A DNA stretch of 64,000 nt, from the NCBI GenBank assembly GCA_951406725.2, contig OX597818.1, positions 29,760,001 to 29,824,000 on the forward strand. Reading direction: 5' to 3'. This DNA is from Octopus vulgaris. Taxonomy: Eukaryota. The notes beneath the pieces are model-generated. The model had not been told where the DNA came from and ran no database searches. It worked only from the letters and a program-made list of their open reading frames with translations. Positions 14,661 through 28,802 of this stretch are shown in pieces. How positions within the stretch are numbered: position 1 is the stretch's first letter; each line of letters starts with the position of its first letter. Both the position numbers and the translations under genes were made by a program.

Positions 14661-15939
14661 TACTATGTGCATTATTGTAAATTTAATAACTACATTATCT
14701 TTCTTCGTGTTCTCTTGGGCATGAAATGATAATGATGATTACAATATATGTATGTGTGTGTGTACATGCACATACATATGTATACATAACATTCATTTAT
14801 GTATTGGGCAGTTTAATATTGTAGTTCATTTTGAGTAATTAAAGATTTGCTGATATGCCACTTCCAGAAATTATAAGTACACATGGAGAAACTGGACAGT
14901 ACATCTAAAAGAGCAAGACACTTTACTCTAGTATGACAAATTACAGCAGGTTGGTGCACTTAGTATGATTCTTAAATATGTTAAGGCATGGCATATGTGG
15001 CCCAATGCATTTTTGAATCACATCTTATCATTCAAATGATAACCACAAATACTATAAATCTTTTCACTTAGGGCTGACCTGATGTTCAATCACACACAAT
15101 AATCATTTATATTTAAATACTAATTCTGATAATTGACATAGGAAATGCTATATATAAGAATTTTTGGCACAATGATAGCTTTGTACATATAAGATTTTAG
15201 TAGGCTAACTTCAATGAAATTATTAATTTTAGAAAAGCAAACAGTTATCTTCATATATAGCTACGTTGGTGTTAGAGGAACTGACAGTAAGCAAACTTAA
15301 TACAATAGTTGGTCCTACTTTGGCATGTGATCTACAAGGTAGATTACTTTAGATTACTTTTTAGATTATTTTTTACATACTTAGTATTGTAAATGTATTT
15401 TTTCAAAATTCTTACTATTTTAATAAGAAAACCATATAATAATTAAAATAAGCACGTAGATCACCCATCAAAGTAAATTTGCTCATGTAGATCACAAAGA
15501 AAATAGCACAAACACAAAGTAAACTAAAAAGTAACCAAAAGTAATTTTCCTTTAAATTGTAGATTACATGGTAAAGTGGCACCGTTCTTTTTCTCAAGAA
15601 ATGATGTGAATTTAGTGCTGGTTTTTTGTAAAAATGCAGCTGCCTTTGTTTCGTCATTGTAAAAATCTTTAGCCAACATTTTACGAGCTTTTAGAAATTG
15701 AAAAGTAAACTATAAAGTAACCTAAAATAATCTCCCTTGTAGATCACATGCCAAAATAGCACCCAATAGTTTAATATCAATAATACTGGTGAAATATCTC
15801 TATCAATGTATTTGTATGTGGTATATGTCATAAAACACAGAAGATATTTATTTTCTAACATCATTCTCAGTATTATTACTACAAGTAATTAATAGGAACA
15901 TAAAAATGTTTGAGTTTATAAATGTTTTAAGCCTTTGAC

Positions 15940-17010
15940 AGGGTCCTGTCCCCCTCATCTAGTGAGCAATGTGGAAACTGGAAATAGATGAGTGGTTGGT
16001 GAAAACTGTACAATCCATGTACAAGGGTGCTGTCAGTAAGGTCTAGGTTGGTAATGAGTATAACAATGAATTTCGTGTACAGGTAGGTGTTCACCATGAA
16101 TTGTTTCTCAGCCCCATCTTGTTTATCACAGCCGTTCAGGCCATAATAGAAGAATTTATGATTGGCTGCCCTTGGGAGTTCCTCTACACTGACAACCTTG
16201 TTCTTATTGCTGAATCACTATGAGAACTAGAAAAGAAATTTCAAGTGAGGAAGCAAGGTCTGGAAGCAAAAGGCCTTAGAGTTAATTTAGCAAAGACCAA
16301 AGTCTTAGTAAGTAGGAAAATAGACAAATCACAGATCTCTTCAGGGAGATGACCCTGCTCAATATGTAGAAAAGACGTTGGTAGAAACTCCATACAGTGT
16401 ACCCAGTGCTGCAGTGGTATCACAGGAAGGTTAAGAGAGAACATAGTCTTTGTATGTGGCATATATCCAGGTACATTAAACACTAAGAATGTAGAGGAAA
16501 CAGACTCCCTCAAATGTCCAAGAGATCCTTGAAGTAGCAGATAGTTTCTGTTACTTAGGTGACTAAGTTAGTAATGGAGTGGGTAGTTCTAAAAGTGTGG
16601 TGAAAAAATAAGAATTGGTTGGGCAAATTTCAGAGTGCTACTGCCTTTGTTGGTAACAAAGAGCCTTTCACTCAGTAAGGCAGATTGTATGATGCCTGAG
16701 TACATGGCAGTGAGACTTGGGCTGTAACCACTGAGGACATGCAAAGAAATGAAGCAAACATGCTCTGTCAGTGTGCATATATGACAGAGTGTAAGTGATT
16801 TGAGAGCAAAATTGGCTATACAAGGCATCAGATGTAGTGTGGAAGACAGAAGACTGTGCTGGTATGTTCATGTGATATGTATGAGGACAGCTGCATCAAG
16901 AAGATTGTAGAGGGAACTTGTGGAAGGGTTAAACCCAGGAAGATATGGGATGAAGTAGTGAGAAAGGATCTTCAAATTTTGAACCTCACAGAGGAGATGA
17001 CAAGTGAGCA
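15940..17010 (+). mobile_element. Degenerate RTE LINE RT fragment
   Basis: Plus-strand homolog of 13170-14000 (gcctttgacagggtcc, ttcctctacactgacaaccttg = LLY(A)DDL-like, gttaatttagcaaagaccaaag). Many stops. Confidence 0.8.
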
Positions 17011-17099
17011 TGTGTCTGTCTCCTTGTCTTGACATCATATGACAGTTGTAGACAAATGTCACTATCACACAAGAAGTGTCAATCATTAGCATACCAGGC

Positions 17100-17285
17100 A
17101 TAAACCTTTAGTAGTATTTCATTCATCTTTATGTTTTGAGTTCAAATTATGCCAAGGTTGATTTTACTTTTCATTTTTTCTTTTTAAGTTGATAAAATAA
17201 GAACCAGTTGAGTACTGGGGCTGATGTAATCGACTTGTCCCCTCCCCCGAAAATGCTAGTCTTGTGCCAAAACTTAGAACCAATA
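17100..17285 (+). mobile_element. Diverged tRNA-derived SINE family B
   Basis: gagttcaaattatgccaaggttga...gataaaataagaaccagttgagtactggggctgatgtaatcgact matches the reverse complement of the 48988-49845 units. Confidence 0.6.
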
Positions 17286-17989
17286 TTTTTCAGAAACATG
17301 TCTGGTCATGAGGAAGCATCAGTTTGCTCGGAAACAAGTTAGAGTTAACACAGGAAGAGCATCCCACCTTTGAAAATCTGCCTCAATAAGCTGTCTGATC
17401 CAAGCAAACATGAAAAAGTCAACATTGAAACAGCATATATATATACCCAGTTCATAAATTTAAATTGTTTCAAAATCTAAAGAATTTGAAACTAGCGCTT
17501 ATATTGAAACTTTCCCACATCTCATTGATGATGTTAGTTTGAAAGTCACTACTTAAGTGATTAAAAAGTCAACTTAACACCTAAAACTGTCATTATTAGC
17601 ATCAAATCTCATCATAGTACATAACTTGAGAATAATTCATTGAAGAAAATGTAATTTCAGAGTATTTGAATTAACTCATACCAACTGAATAATTCTGTAA
17701 CATTTGTAACTATTTCTGAATTCCTTTCTTTGATACTCAGTAACTATTTCCTGAAGTAAGGTGTCCAATTTAATGGGCTGAGTCTATACTTATAGTTGAT
17801 GGTTGATGTTTCCCGTTCTTACACAATGTGCAGACATAACCAAAATGTAACGTATGTACTAATGTAATACGTAAAATTGGGAGTGTTAAATTGTGGAATT
17901 TGTGTTCTATGTATGAAATGGAAACGAAGACGCCAAATAATGTGTATCAAATCTCATAATTATCCCCCTTTACCTATCCTACCTCGACA

Positions 17990-18090
17990 TCCAATTACCC
18001 GCCAAATTGTATGCGCAACCAGCAGCTTGAAAAGCTAACAATTTTCATTGGTCTATTATTTGGTATGATGGCAATTTAATCCAATCACAT
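17990..18090 (+). promoter_or_regulatory. Putative NAP1L promoter (E2F site and three CCAAT boxes)
   Basis: CCAAT 17991, CCCGCCAAA (E2F, reverse of TTTGGCGGG) 17998-18006, ATTGG 18047, CCAAT 18081. The CpG-richer, repeat-poor region starts here. Confidence 0.55.
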
Positions 18091-18109
18091 TTATCGTCAC
18101 TGAAATTAG

Positions 18110-18168
18110 GTGTAGGAGTCGACCATCATCTTACCCTCGTGTTAGAAGCAGCTTCGAAAAGCTCTACG
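18110..18168 (+). other. NAP1L1: Probable non-coding exon 1 of the NAP1-like gene (5' end approximate)
   Basis: Strong donor ACG|GTAAGT at 18168/18169 just downstream of the CCAAT cluster. The ATG-containing exon at 26333 is preceded by an acceptor, so an upstream exon is needed. Confidence 0.55.
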
Positions 18169-21100
18169 GTAAGTTTCTTTATTCAAGGAGAAATCGTTGA
18201 TTTTATAAATGTAATCTACCTAAGTTATTCGTTATTACTGTAAGTTAATTTATTGTAATATCTGTACACCAGTGGTTGTTATTATGTTGAGTGTTAAATT
18301 GTTTTTCTTCCTTGTGACCATTATCTTATTGACTGCATGTGGGGTGTCTGGGGCCTCCCTTTTCTTTAGAACCTTCTAGTTAATTGCAAATATTTAACAG
18401 AAAAAGCAATTTCAATTATCTTACGAAATTCATTTTAACTAATTTTGGGAATATCTTTGTTCATGATATTTTAAGAATAATCGAATTTGACGTTCTTAAG
18501 TTACACAAACAGTATTACGAAATGATATAAGTTGAGTGATAAAATCGACGACTTCACAGCGCATTCTAGGTGAAATACTTTTAAGTTATAACGTGTAACA
18601 GAATCATAGTCCCAAATTTGTAATTCTTCTGTCAGTATTAGAGGATAGGAAGGCTCTTTTGATGCCACATGTTTTCTCTCGGTTCTCTCTGATAGTCACC
18701 ACCTCTTACTAACCCCCATATCGCTATTTCTCTGGCAAATGTAATTCAGCCATATTTAACTCAATACTAATGTGAGTCAGCTTAAAACATACTCTACATA
18801 TCTCTTTTAGTTTTATCCATCATTTCATATATCATTTATTAGATATAGAATTTTAAAAAAAAGTGAAATCGCTGATTGCTTTCATGCTAAGAGGGCATTA
18901 TTTCAAGGTCTTTCGTGCATTCTGCACTAACATATGTAACGGAATTATATTTAACTCTAGGGGTCATTGACTGCCCGTTATTAGCACTAGTTGAGACTCT
19001 AAAACTTGTTTTTAGCCGATATGAGCGTGTCATCTTGTGAAATGTTTGCAGCCGCCTGTCTAACGACGAAGAATAATTTCGCTTGGGGTACTGACACCCA
19101 CATGCCGTCGTCATTGTGCAAATGTCGAAGAAAACTATCATTTAACATTTTTGCTTTTCTAGTATTACGTAGGGTTAACAATACGCTTTTAATGAATTAT
19201 AATTGAAAGTCGTGGCTGTGTTGATTGTTCCAAATAGTTCTATGGCTTCTAATTTAAGTCGCAGTTTCTGACTGGTTGAAGAACCGACATCTATAAATGG
19301 CAAACTGTAAATTATTTTCTTTCGTTTAGTCAGATGTATGTAGCCATAAACTCTTACCTTGTATCTTAATCTAGCGTATTTTTTCTATTCCTATATTTCA
19401 GTATCTTTCTATTGGTCTTATGTTTTATATTACACTAGTACTCCCTCCTTAGCTTTCATTGAGCTTGAATCCTGGAGTCGGCGATTTATTGAAGTTTAGT
19501 AATGTAACTTTTTGAGGTGTTGTCCTGTTCAAAACCAGTTTTTTTTATTACCTTTACCGTAGTAAAGAAACATTTTTTTTTTCTATGAAACTGAATTAGT
19601 ATTTTAAAAGAAGCGAAATATTTGTTTTAATTGTTGAAACTGGGATTACGAAACATACACGTGCGAGTTTCAGGTTGACTTAAATACGAAAAGCTTCGCT
19701 AAGCGACTCGAAATATCCCAATAAACACTAGCTTATATACCATATACGACTGCGATTAACTCCCGACTTCAGGATTAAAACGGGGGAATATTTACTACAC
19801 TTATCGTAAACAAATTAAGCTTCGATCGGAACTAGCTCCTGTGTTTTTCGTCTGCTTGCATACTATGACATATTAACATCTTAAATGATATTAAACTGTT
19901 GCTCTTAATATTTTTTCTGTTTTCTAGAAATGATAAATTCTTTGCCGGCTGCCGTGAATTTTTTTTCTTGTTAACAGTAATTGTATCTCTAGAAGCCTAA
20001 CGCCTGCAGACTTTTATGGGGTTTTTTTCCTCATCCTTTGCTCAATGAAGCACGTGTTTTAATTTGTCGCATCTTATAGTTAAGAAATTAGTATGATTCT
20101 CAAATTGAATATTAAAGATACTAAAAATGTTAATAAAATTGAAATTCTGAGGCCTTACTATTTCTATATTGAAATGCCTCTATTATATAATTTTAAAATA
20201 TCCGTATTTAGTCATATGTTCTCAAGGAGTACGTTTTCGAATATGTAATTTTAAGAAGCCTATGGCTTAATTTTAACCATTGCTAATATTTAATTTGGGT
20301 TTTCCAGTGTTCAGTTAATGTTATTATTAATATAGTGTAAGTTTTTATAAAAAAGGAACGCCAATTAAAAATTTTTTGATTTTCATGTAAAGGCAGAGGT
20401 GAAGACATTCACATTGCTCTATTGTTAAGAATCTCCATTTGGAACCACGTGGTTTCTGGTTTGTGTGTATTACATATGTCAGAGCCCTTCCCTAATCACT
20501 TGGCAACGATGTTGGTTTGTTTACGATTCCAGCTGATCCGCAAAAGGACGACAGAAAAAATACCAGACTTGAAAGTACTGGGAACAATTTGTTCGTTTAA
20601 AAAAAAACTCTCGAAGGCGCTTCGTCGGAGCTGAACAACTGAAACGAGTAAAGAAAAAGATGTGTAGACTGCTTAGCATTTAATTTTTTTGTTTAATTTC
20701 AAATCATTCTCTCCCCGTCTCAACCTTGTTCCCTCATAACTCTTCAAAATATTTTTAATATTTAGCTTTTTGTAGATTACGTAATTTCGAGGTTGAATGG
20801 TGGTAACTATCGCGCGCTCGCGTGTGTGGAGTGGTGGTGGTCTGAAACTTCTCTCCCAATTTTAACACGTAATCTGCACTCAATATATCTGCAAAATTTC
20901 ATAGAAACATTCTTTTTAGGAAAGTTATGAAAAAAATCGTGGTACACCTCACTAGTTTGTCTCAAACATTGTTTTACGTTTTTCCTTACGGGGGAAACAG
21001 CTGGCATGTGCATCATTTGTATACATTAGCATTAGATATTTCTCGTTGCTTTCAAGGATGTCGAAAATATGTCAACAGATGTACAAATTGAATTAGTTAC

Positions 21101-23449
21101 GAGAGCTACTGTACACGAAAAAAATTATCGTTTTTTTATTTATTTTATTTTTTTTGTTAGAAAGTCTTTACGGATTCCGAAATTGGGTAGTAAAGTTCCA
21201 CAAACACGGCTATTTTTACTGTAATTTCATAGTAAACGATTGTGCCCGGCATACATGTTACTGAATTTGTGGAATAACGTTAGAGATGCTGTGCTGCCGA
21301 AGTGGAATACATATTTGTCTCATTAGAGTAAAGAATTCCACAAATATAAATCTAATTTTATGGATGTAGTAATGATAGAAAAAAAATAATCCCAACAAAC
21401 GTAGAAACAGGAAGACGAAGATACCCTGTATGTCTGGCTTCAAAAATACCAGCGTAAGTGCCAAGATTTGTAGGAACTGAAGGGCTTTGAGGTACTTGAT
21501 CTCCTTGCCTTATAGGCATAGCACACGAAGAATAGGATACTGAAAATGAAAGACTTTTACTATTTAGTGCTAGTGGGCACTTTTCCTCATAAAATTTGCT
21601 TTCAATATTTTATTCGGTGAAGGTAAAGAATACGCACACGCAGTGTTTACGGTTACGTCGAAAACGGGTGGTGTGCTCTTTACCTCTGCCTTTTATTCTC
21701 AACTCCAAGTACTGGAAGTGCGTGTAATATTTTTTTCCATCTGCTAATTTTTACAAATACACTTAGTTACATGGACACTTCTTGGAGTAAATCTATGACT
21801 GCTGCAAAGACAACTGAATGTGTACGCGTTCATAATTGTTCTCTTTCGGTGTTTAATCTTACAATTCCTCTTAAAACTAGAATACGTTAATTTATAAATT
21901 GTCTCCTCGATTTCACACTCTCCTTATCCATCTTTGAAGCAGCAAGATGTCTTTTTCTTTGCTACTCTTTTTCAAGTGGGATAATTATATTCTCTTGATC
22001 TTTACCGCCTGATTGCTGAGTTACAGGACATTGTTTACAGGAGACAGGAAAAACTGAATTCTCAATCATGTGCTTCCATTCAGTTTCTGTATACCAAGTT
22101 TCATTTGTAAGGCCTTGGTCATCCCAACGCTCTAATGAGGACACCTTAAGTTGCCATGCCGGAACTACATAGTTGCAAAGCAAACTTTGCAGTTACACCT
22201 GCATGTATGTGTGCATGTGTATACCTTCATATATATATATATTATATATTACATACTTACACAGTGTCCATGTCCATCTTAATAAAACATTAGTCTGCAT
22301 CCAGTAGTGAGGTCCCAGAGCTTAAGAGTTTAGATTTGTGGAATATGGACTAAGCTTTAAGTTGTCACCACTCCCAGGTTTGCTGTGGCTTGGAGTGATA
22401 GTACCTGTCAGGTGCTCCAGTTATCAGTCAGATACAAGGTGGTCTTGTGGTTAAGTTAGGTGGGACTTGGTGGGAGGACTATCCCCTAAATGTGTTGCAC
22501 AGGTATTTTCGTGTGGGCATGTCCTGATATCATATGAACCATTCTCTATCTTTAACGATTAAATGCGATGTATCTCAAGAGTATGCCTCCTTGACAAGCA
22601 GATGGCAACCGGAATCTATTGCTGTGTCTCCCAGTATCATAACATTGAGGACTGAGTGTACGATCAAGGAGTCTCATGATGCAAAGCTATACTATTTAAA
22701 GATACATATTTCATGTAAATATCTATCCAACTGTCTATGGAAATAGATGCAAATAATCAATTGAAAGTTTGTATTTAGACTGGAGATGTCTTTCATTGCT
22801 TTTTCTTGTGTGCAGCATGCACACTAATTTGGAGGAGGGAAGAAAGTACGAAAAAGATATTAATTAAAAACTTGATTTTTTACTCTATATAAATGTGAAG
22901 CTATACCTACGAAAAAAAATTGTTAGAGAATTTCAGATACATGTAATGTGAAAATTTTACAAAAAAAATAAAAAATTAGGGGTTGCTCTCTTGGTAAAAA
23001 ATAAAGGTAGTACACTGGCTGACTGAATTTTTGGTATATTTGAAATTAGAAATGCATTCTTGTTTGGTTTCAAAGTTTATCATTGCATTTATCTTGAAAA
23101 ATTTAAAGGTGTAACACATTGCAATCAATGTTGGAAACTGTTCAATTTTCTGCTGCCACTGACTAATGTGAAAGGTTGGGAATTTGCTATTTATGAAGTA
23201 GTCACCTATTTCAATTTCATTTGATATTGTTCTGTATTGAATTCTTCAGTCCTTTCTGGAGGAAAGTAAGCTTTCTCCTTTAGTCCTGGATCAAATATTT
23301 GAAATTTGGACTAGGGCATAATTTGGCTGACTGCTTAAATTTATACATACATACACACACATACACATTTTTATATTGTCTTAGTTTACTAGAAAAACTA
23401 AGAAAATAGTTGCTTCTAAATATTTTTTTCCAAGGAAAGTGCACAATAT

Positions 23450-23605
23450 ATAGGTGTGGTTGTGTGGTAAGAAGCTTGCTTCATAATCAAATGGCTTCAG
23501 GTTCAGTCCCTTTGTTTTGACAAGTGTTTTCTACTATAGCTCCAGGCCAGCCAAAAAGCCTTGAGAATGGATTTGTTAGATGAAAACTGAACGAAGCCCG
23601 TCATA
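23450..23605 (+). mobile_element. SINE family A, 5' half
   Basis: ggtgtggttgtgtggtaagaagcttgct...ggttcagtccc...gaagcccgtc. Confidence 0.7.
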
Positions 23606-23611
23606 TATATT

Positions 23612-25022
23612 TTCATTTAATGTTTATTGTCCATGCTGGAAGGCTGTACCAGGCTCCAGTTTGATTTGGTATGGTTTTCTACAGCTGGATGCCCTTCCTA
23701 ATGCAAGCTACTCTGAGAGTGTAATAGGTGCTTTTATGTGACACCGGTATTTGCCATGACTAATTTTGCTCAGCTTCATGGGTCTTAAGCACGACAATGC
23801 CAAAAGTCTCGGTCATTGCCTCTGTGGGGCCCAGTGCTCGAAAGGTATCCCTTATGTGCCACAGGCATTGGTGCCAGTTACATGACTCCCACATCAGCCA
23901 TGACTAGGATTTCACTTGGTTTCCTGTCAAGCACAGCATATCACTAGCCATTTCCTCTGTGAAGTTCAATTTGAAGATCATACTTTGCCACTGTCCCATG
24001 TCTTCCTGGATCTACTTCTTTCTCTAGCTTGCCCACCTGGCAGTTGGTCTATTTTTGGCACATTTTCAGCATTTATCGTACCTGTGCATCTTCTACCCGA
24101 AATTCTTTTCTGTGCTCAATGCCAACCATCACATTGACCACCAGATAAGGGATTGGGGGACCTTGTCAAAGACTAATTAGAGGTTTATCTTCGGCTATGC
24201 CTTTTTTCCTGCAGCTGCCTTACCAAAAATTTAGCATCAGTGGTACTTTTACCTGTCACAAAACCAAACTGCATTTCATCTAGGCTAATTCTCTCTCTCC
24301 CTAATTAGTTGTGCTAATACTCTTTGTAACTTTCATAACCTGATCCAACAATTTGATACTTTTGTAATTATTTTTGAGGCATCATCTTCAGCTTTGTAGC
24401 AGTTGGCTATGGTGCTGCTGCATCAGTCATTAGGTCTGATTCCTTCGTGAACCACTTGATTTACAATACTGGCGACTAGACCATAACACACACCACCAGA
24501 TGCATCTCGGTGATGATTCCTGATTTGCTTTCCCTGTCTTCCAAGGCATTGTCAATTCAGGTGGCTAGTCCCTGAATTGGGTCAACATTTGACACTCTCC
24601 TCCTTGCATTCATTCTCCACGTTCAGCAGTCTTTCATGAAGGCATTCCCAAGCCTCTTTGCAGAATAACTAAATGCAAGTGCACCATCTTTGAGGTAGCC
24701 TGCAGCAGAATATCATAAAAGTTGTCCTTCTGTTCCATTGGTAGGCCTGCTTGTGGGGCATAGGCAGATATAATTGTAGCTATACTATTCTGCAAAGCTA
24801 ACCTGAGCTTAAGCACTCGCACATTTTGACTACCTCTATGACCTTATCCACCCACTTCTCAGCAAGAAGTATCCCCACATCACCTATCCCATCACTGTTA
24901 CTTTCCCAGAAGATTTTATACCTGTCTTACCTGTGAGGAACCTGGCTGAAGCCCTTCTACACCACACCTCTTGGATGCAGCATATGCCAACATGCTTCAG
25001 TTCAAGCATCTCAACAATCTCG
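23612..25022 (-). mobile_element. Internally deleted RTE LINE (APE endonuclease, RT pieces, 3' module)
   Basis: EIVEMLELKHVGICCIQEVW and ATIISAYAPQAG...EQKDNFY (apurinic endonuclease), then an RT region homologous to 13900-14500. Confidence 0.8.
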
Positions 25023-25905
25023 CTAGACCTATATATACATATATGTATATCTTTGTATCTGTTTGTTCCGCCACCCCAACCAGTGTCAGTGTTTACATCC
25101 CTGTTATCTTGGTAGTTCAGCAAAGGAGACTGACAGAATAAGCACTAAGCTTTAAAAAACAAGCCCATGAGTCAATTTCTTCATTTAATGTCTGTTTTCC
25201 ATGCTGACATGGGTTGGAGGGTTTGATTGGAAACTTGGGAGCTGCATGTTACAATCTAATTTGGCATGGTTTCTACAGCTGGATGCCCTTCCTAATGCCA
25301 ACCACTCCAAGAGTGTAGTGGTTGCTTTTTGTGTGCCAGTTACAAAAACCAGCATTGGCCATGACTACAATCTCACTTGGCTTGACAGGTCTTCTCAAGC
25401 ACAGTATATTGCTAAAGGTGTAAAATACTTCAAGGCAGTGCTCCAGCATGTCCATAGTCAGGTGAATGAAACAATGATATACTGCTAAATATGAAAGTAT
25501 TCATTTGAAGCATAACTGAGTGGTTGAACAGTTCGTTTTCAGAATCACAAGTAGTTTTAGGCTTCCACTTTAGCCATGGCTTACCATTTCCTTGTGAGCA
25601 GTGGAGTTGGTAGATGGAAATGGTACTGGAGCCTATTTGTATTGCATCTTCCCATTTGTGCATTGTTTGTACCTCTTATCAAAGCATTGGCTTTTGTGGT
25701 TTTCATGTGAAAGTTAAATTGGCAATAAGAGTCTCTGACTTTAGACTGCTGCCTCACCTGCTTTTTCTATGGGTTGAGTTAGTGAGGCAATATGCTGCAG
25801 CCAGACTGCCTTCTTGGTGACTGGAAGGATTTAACTTTAGGAAACTTGTGTGTGTAGTCAATAATATTGATACATATACTAGTGTGTGTGTGTATATATA
25901 TATAT

Positions 25906-25943
<38 letters not shown>

Positions 25944-26162
25944 CACTTTGACCGACCAGTCCGTCAGGCGTCCATTTGACATCGCTGTTCACTCATCTCT
26001 GGATCGCGCCTTTCTCATCCACATGATCCCAATCGTCCTCCTGAAATCGTAACCCCACCGTCGTAGAGGTCTTCCAGGTGGTCTTTTCCGCTCGCGCAGG
26101 TACCACTCGACAACTGCGTGGGTCCACCGATTATCGGCGAGCCGGGCGATGTGTCCAGCCCA
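25944..26162 (-). mobile_element. 5'-truncated RTE-1-type LINE end inserted in a (TA)n tract
   Basis: Translates WAGHIARLADNRWTHAVVEWYLRERKRPPGRPLRRW. GC- and CpG-rich, flanked by TA repeats. Confidence 0.8.
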
Positions 26163-26353
26163 TATATATACCTATAATCATAAGATATGTAATTGCTTGC
26201 TTGTTTTAGAGAAAGTTTTCAAAATTGCAAAAATGGAGCACTAATTTCTTTTTGTTTCATATATTGCATCCTCTTCTTTTCATCTGTGTTAAGACATAAA
26301 AAATGAATCTACTGAAAACTTTTCTTTTTCAGGTTACAACTTATCAAGTAAAC

Positions 26354-26370
26354 ATGGCGGACAATGACCC
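26354..26370 (+). CDS. NAP1L1: NAP1-like coding exon 1 (MADND-P); exon begins at 26333
   Basis: Acceptor tttttcag|G at 26333, aacATGG context, donor CC|GTGAGT. Phase 2 matches the next exon. Confidence 0.8.
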
Positions 26371-27528
26371 GTGAGTATTTAAGATATAAAATTAGTATAA
26401 TTTAGAAGTTAAATTTAATAACGGTGTATATAACTTTGACAGGTCTTTCAAAACCTGTTTTTCGTGTATAACTTTCCTCCAGATTATTTTGAAGTTGAAT
26501 GTATTCATGCATTTATGAAATCCAGCACTTCTCATTTTAATGAAATATCCAATTCATAATCATACATAGTTTTTTTTTGTTTACCGTAAATTTTCTTATA
26601 CTATTTTTAATGTCTTCTTTGAAAAATACTTCAAATTAAAACTAGTTGCTTGACAACACAACACCAGTATCAATTTTTTGTCCATTGTAAAACCTTTCTG
26701 AAAATCAAAATGGAGAGAAAAAAGTCTCCAAAAATTTGTAGTGCTCACACATATGTGGACAGTAATTCAATTGTTTACTTAGTGAAACCACTATTTTCAT
26801 CTAGATTTTGAAAAATACATTAAAATCAAAGATTTCTCTTGTGAAATCATTGCATTACCTGTTGTTGATGCTATTGTTTACACTCAGAAATTGAAACGTC
26901 TGATTCAAAGTTTTTGTTTTCTGTGACTCTAAAGATGGGTTAATCTAAATTAAACATGAATTTCAATTCAACCAGCATCAGATTGTCTGAGTGCTTCAAA
27001 CTCTTGAAATGCAGTGGGGCAGACACAAGATTGATATATGACCAATTATTAGTTTGTGTATGGTTATGTATTTTCATTTCTGTTGGTAGTAATTTTGTGA
27101 TAATACTAACAATTTTATTGGGTACTGCTCCACCTGAAATACTGCTGGCCAGTAATTCAAACTGACCATGTATTTATAAGATACAGGCTGGTTTTTGTGA
27201 GATGCTACCACCTACTTACAAAGTATGTCATATTAGCAGTCTGATATGCTACGTAGTTTTATTTTACAAAACTGATGCAGTTTTTTAGCAAATAATTTGC
27301 TGTATGTATATAATGGGTATTTTAGAGGGTTAAGAATGTAGGCAGAATTATTTCTGTTTACAGATACACCCCTCTAATAGTAAATGAAAAAGTGATTAGA
27401 ACATTCTGGATGTATAAAGTAAATTTTCCAGACTACTTGATCACTTACATTTTTAATTTATAATAATGGAAATAAGACTTGAAAATTATAAATAGCAATA
27501 TCTTTAATTGTATAAAATTTTATTTCAG

Positions 27529-27590
27529 ACAAAACAATGCAGAAGCTGATCCTGAGGAAGTAGAAACAGATGTTGAAGAAGGATCAGAAG
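27529..27590 (+). CDS. NAP1L1: NAP1-like coding exon 2 (QNNAEADPEEVETDVEEGSE)
   Basis: tttcag| and |gtaatc. Acidic N-terminus, phases compatible. Confidence 0.8.
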
Positions 27591-28249
27591 GTAATCCTCA
27601 ATATTTCAATTATTTTAACCTGTGGGTACAGTGTAAATTTAGAAGCATATTTTTTATATAAAAAAAATATTCGAAAGGGTTTTAATTTGTGTGCATGGGT
27701 ACTATGAAGCACCAGCTTTGCTATGGAAGGCAGCCTTGAAAAATTTCTGAAGCCACTGTAATCAAATTTATAGGCATGGGGGGTGGGGAGAAAAATTAAG
27801 TGAATAAAAATGTCTTTCCTTCTGCAAGATTGCAAGAAGGAATAGCAGTTAATTGGTATCATGGTTTTGAATTTAGTGCCAAAAAGCACTTGGTCGTCTT
27901 CAGCCAAATCTACTCATAACGATATTGTTAAATTCACTTTCCAATGCCTGTGTTCATCTGAGTGGCTCAGCCTCATTGAAGAAATGAACTATGTGAATTA
28001 TTTATAAATATATAAAAGAATATTGTCTGGGGAGAGTCATTCTCTTTTAGTTCCTTATTTAACACACTCGTGTGTTAAGACACGAAAGAAAATAGGAACT
28101 CCCCAGACACAATGTTTCAACACAAACTCTCAAAGAATCTTGCAAACCAGATCTCAAAATAAAAGTATTATTCATAATAAATATTACAAAAGAACACTAT
28201 TATTCATATAACTCCTTTCCTTAGCAAAGCTGGTGCTTCTTAGTACCCT

Positions 28250-28284
<35 letters not shown>

Positions 28285-28319
28285 GCCACATGTAAAGATA
28301 GTTTGATTATTATTATTAA

Positions 28320-28735
28320 CCCTTTTGATACCAAACCGCCTCTGGCTCTGTAGTATAAATGTTTTGTTTTTGAAAGTTCTGAATTAAAATCTTAACCTTA
28401 TTCACAATTTACATTCCTAACACTAGCTTAATGATAACCAAGTTATTTTACTAAATTCTTTGTTTAACCCTTTAGTGTTCAGATTATTCAAACATAATGC
28501 TTATTGATTCCCATTGATTTGAATTAACCATGCATTATCTCATATCAAGATCTTGATGGTGTAATTACTTAATGTAGAATAACATTGTAGGGTAGGTGTG
28601 AGAGCCTGGATCTGGTCAGTTTGAACATAAAACAGATTAAATATTTTGGCCGGATATGGCCGGTTTAAATACTAAAGGGTTAAAATAAATGAAAGAAACA
28701 CATAGCATCTAGGCAGAAATATGGTAACAAAAGGG
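28320..28735. mobile_element. piggyBac-type MITE containing a second nested piggyBac-type MITE (28468-28679)
   Basis: Outer: TTAA|cccttttgatacca...tggtaacaaaaggg|TTAA. Inner: TTAA|ccctttagtgttca...taaatactaaaggg|TTAA. Confidence 0.85.
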
Positions 28736-28802
28736 TTAACTTGAGTATATTATTTTGTTATAGGCTATTGTAATTACAATTGCTTCACTAATTTTCTTTC
28801 AG

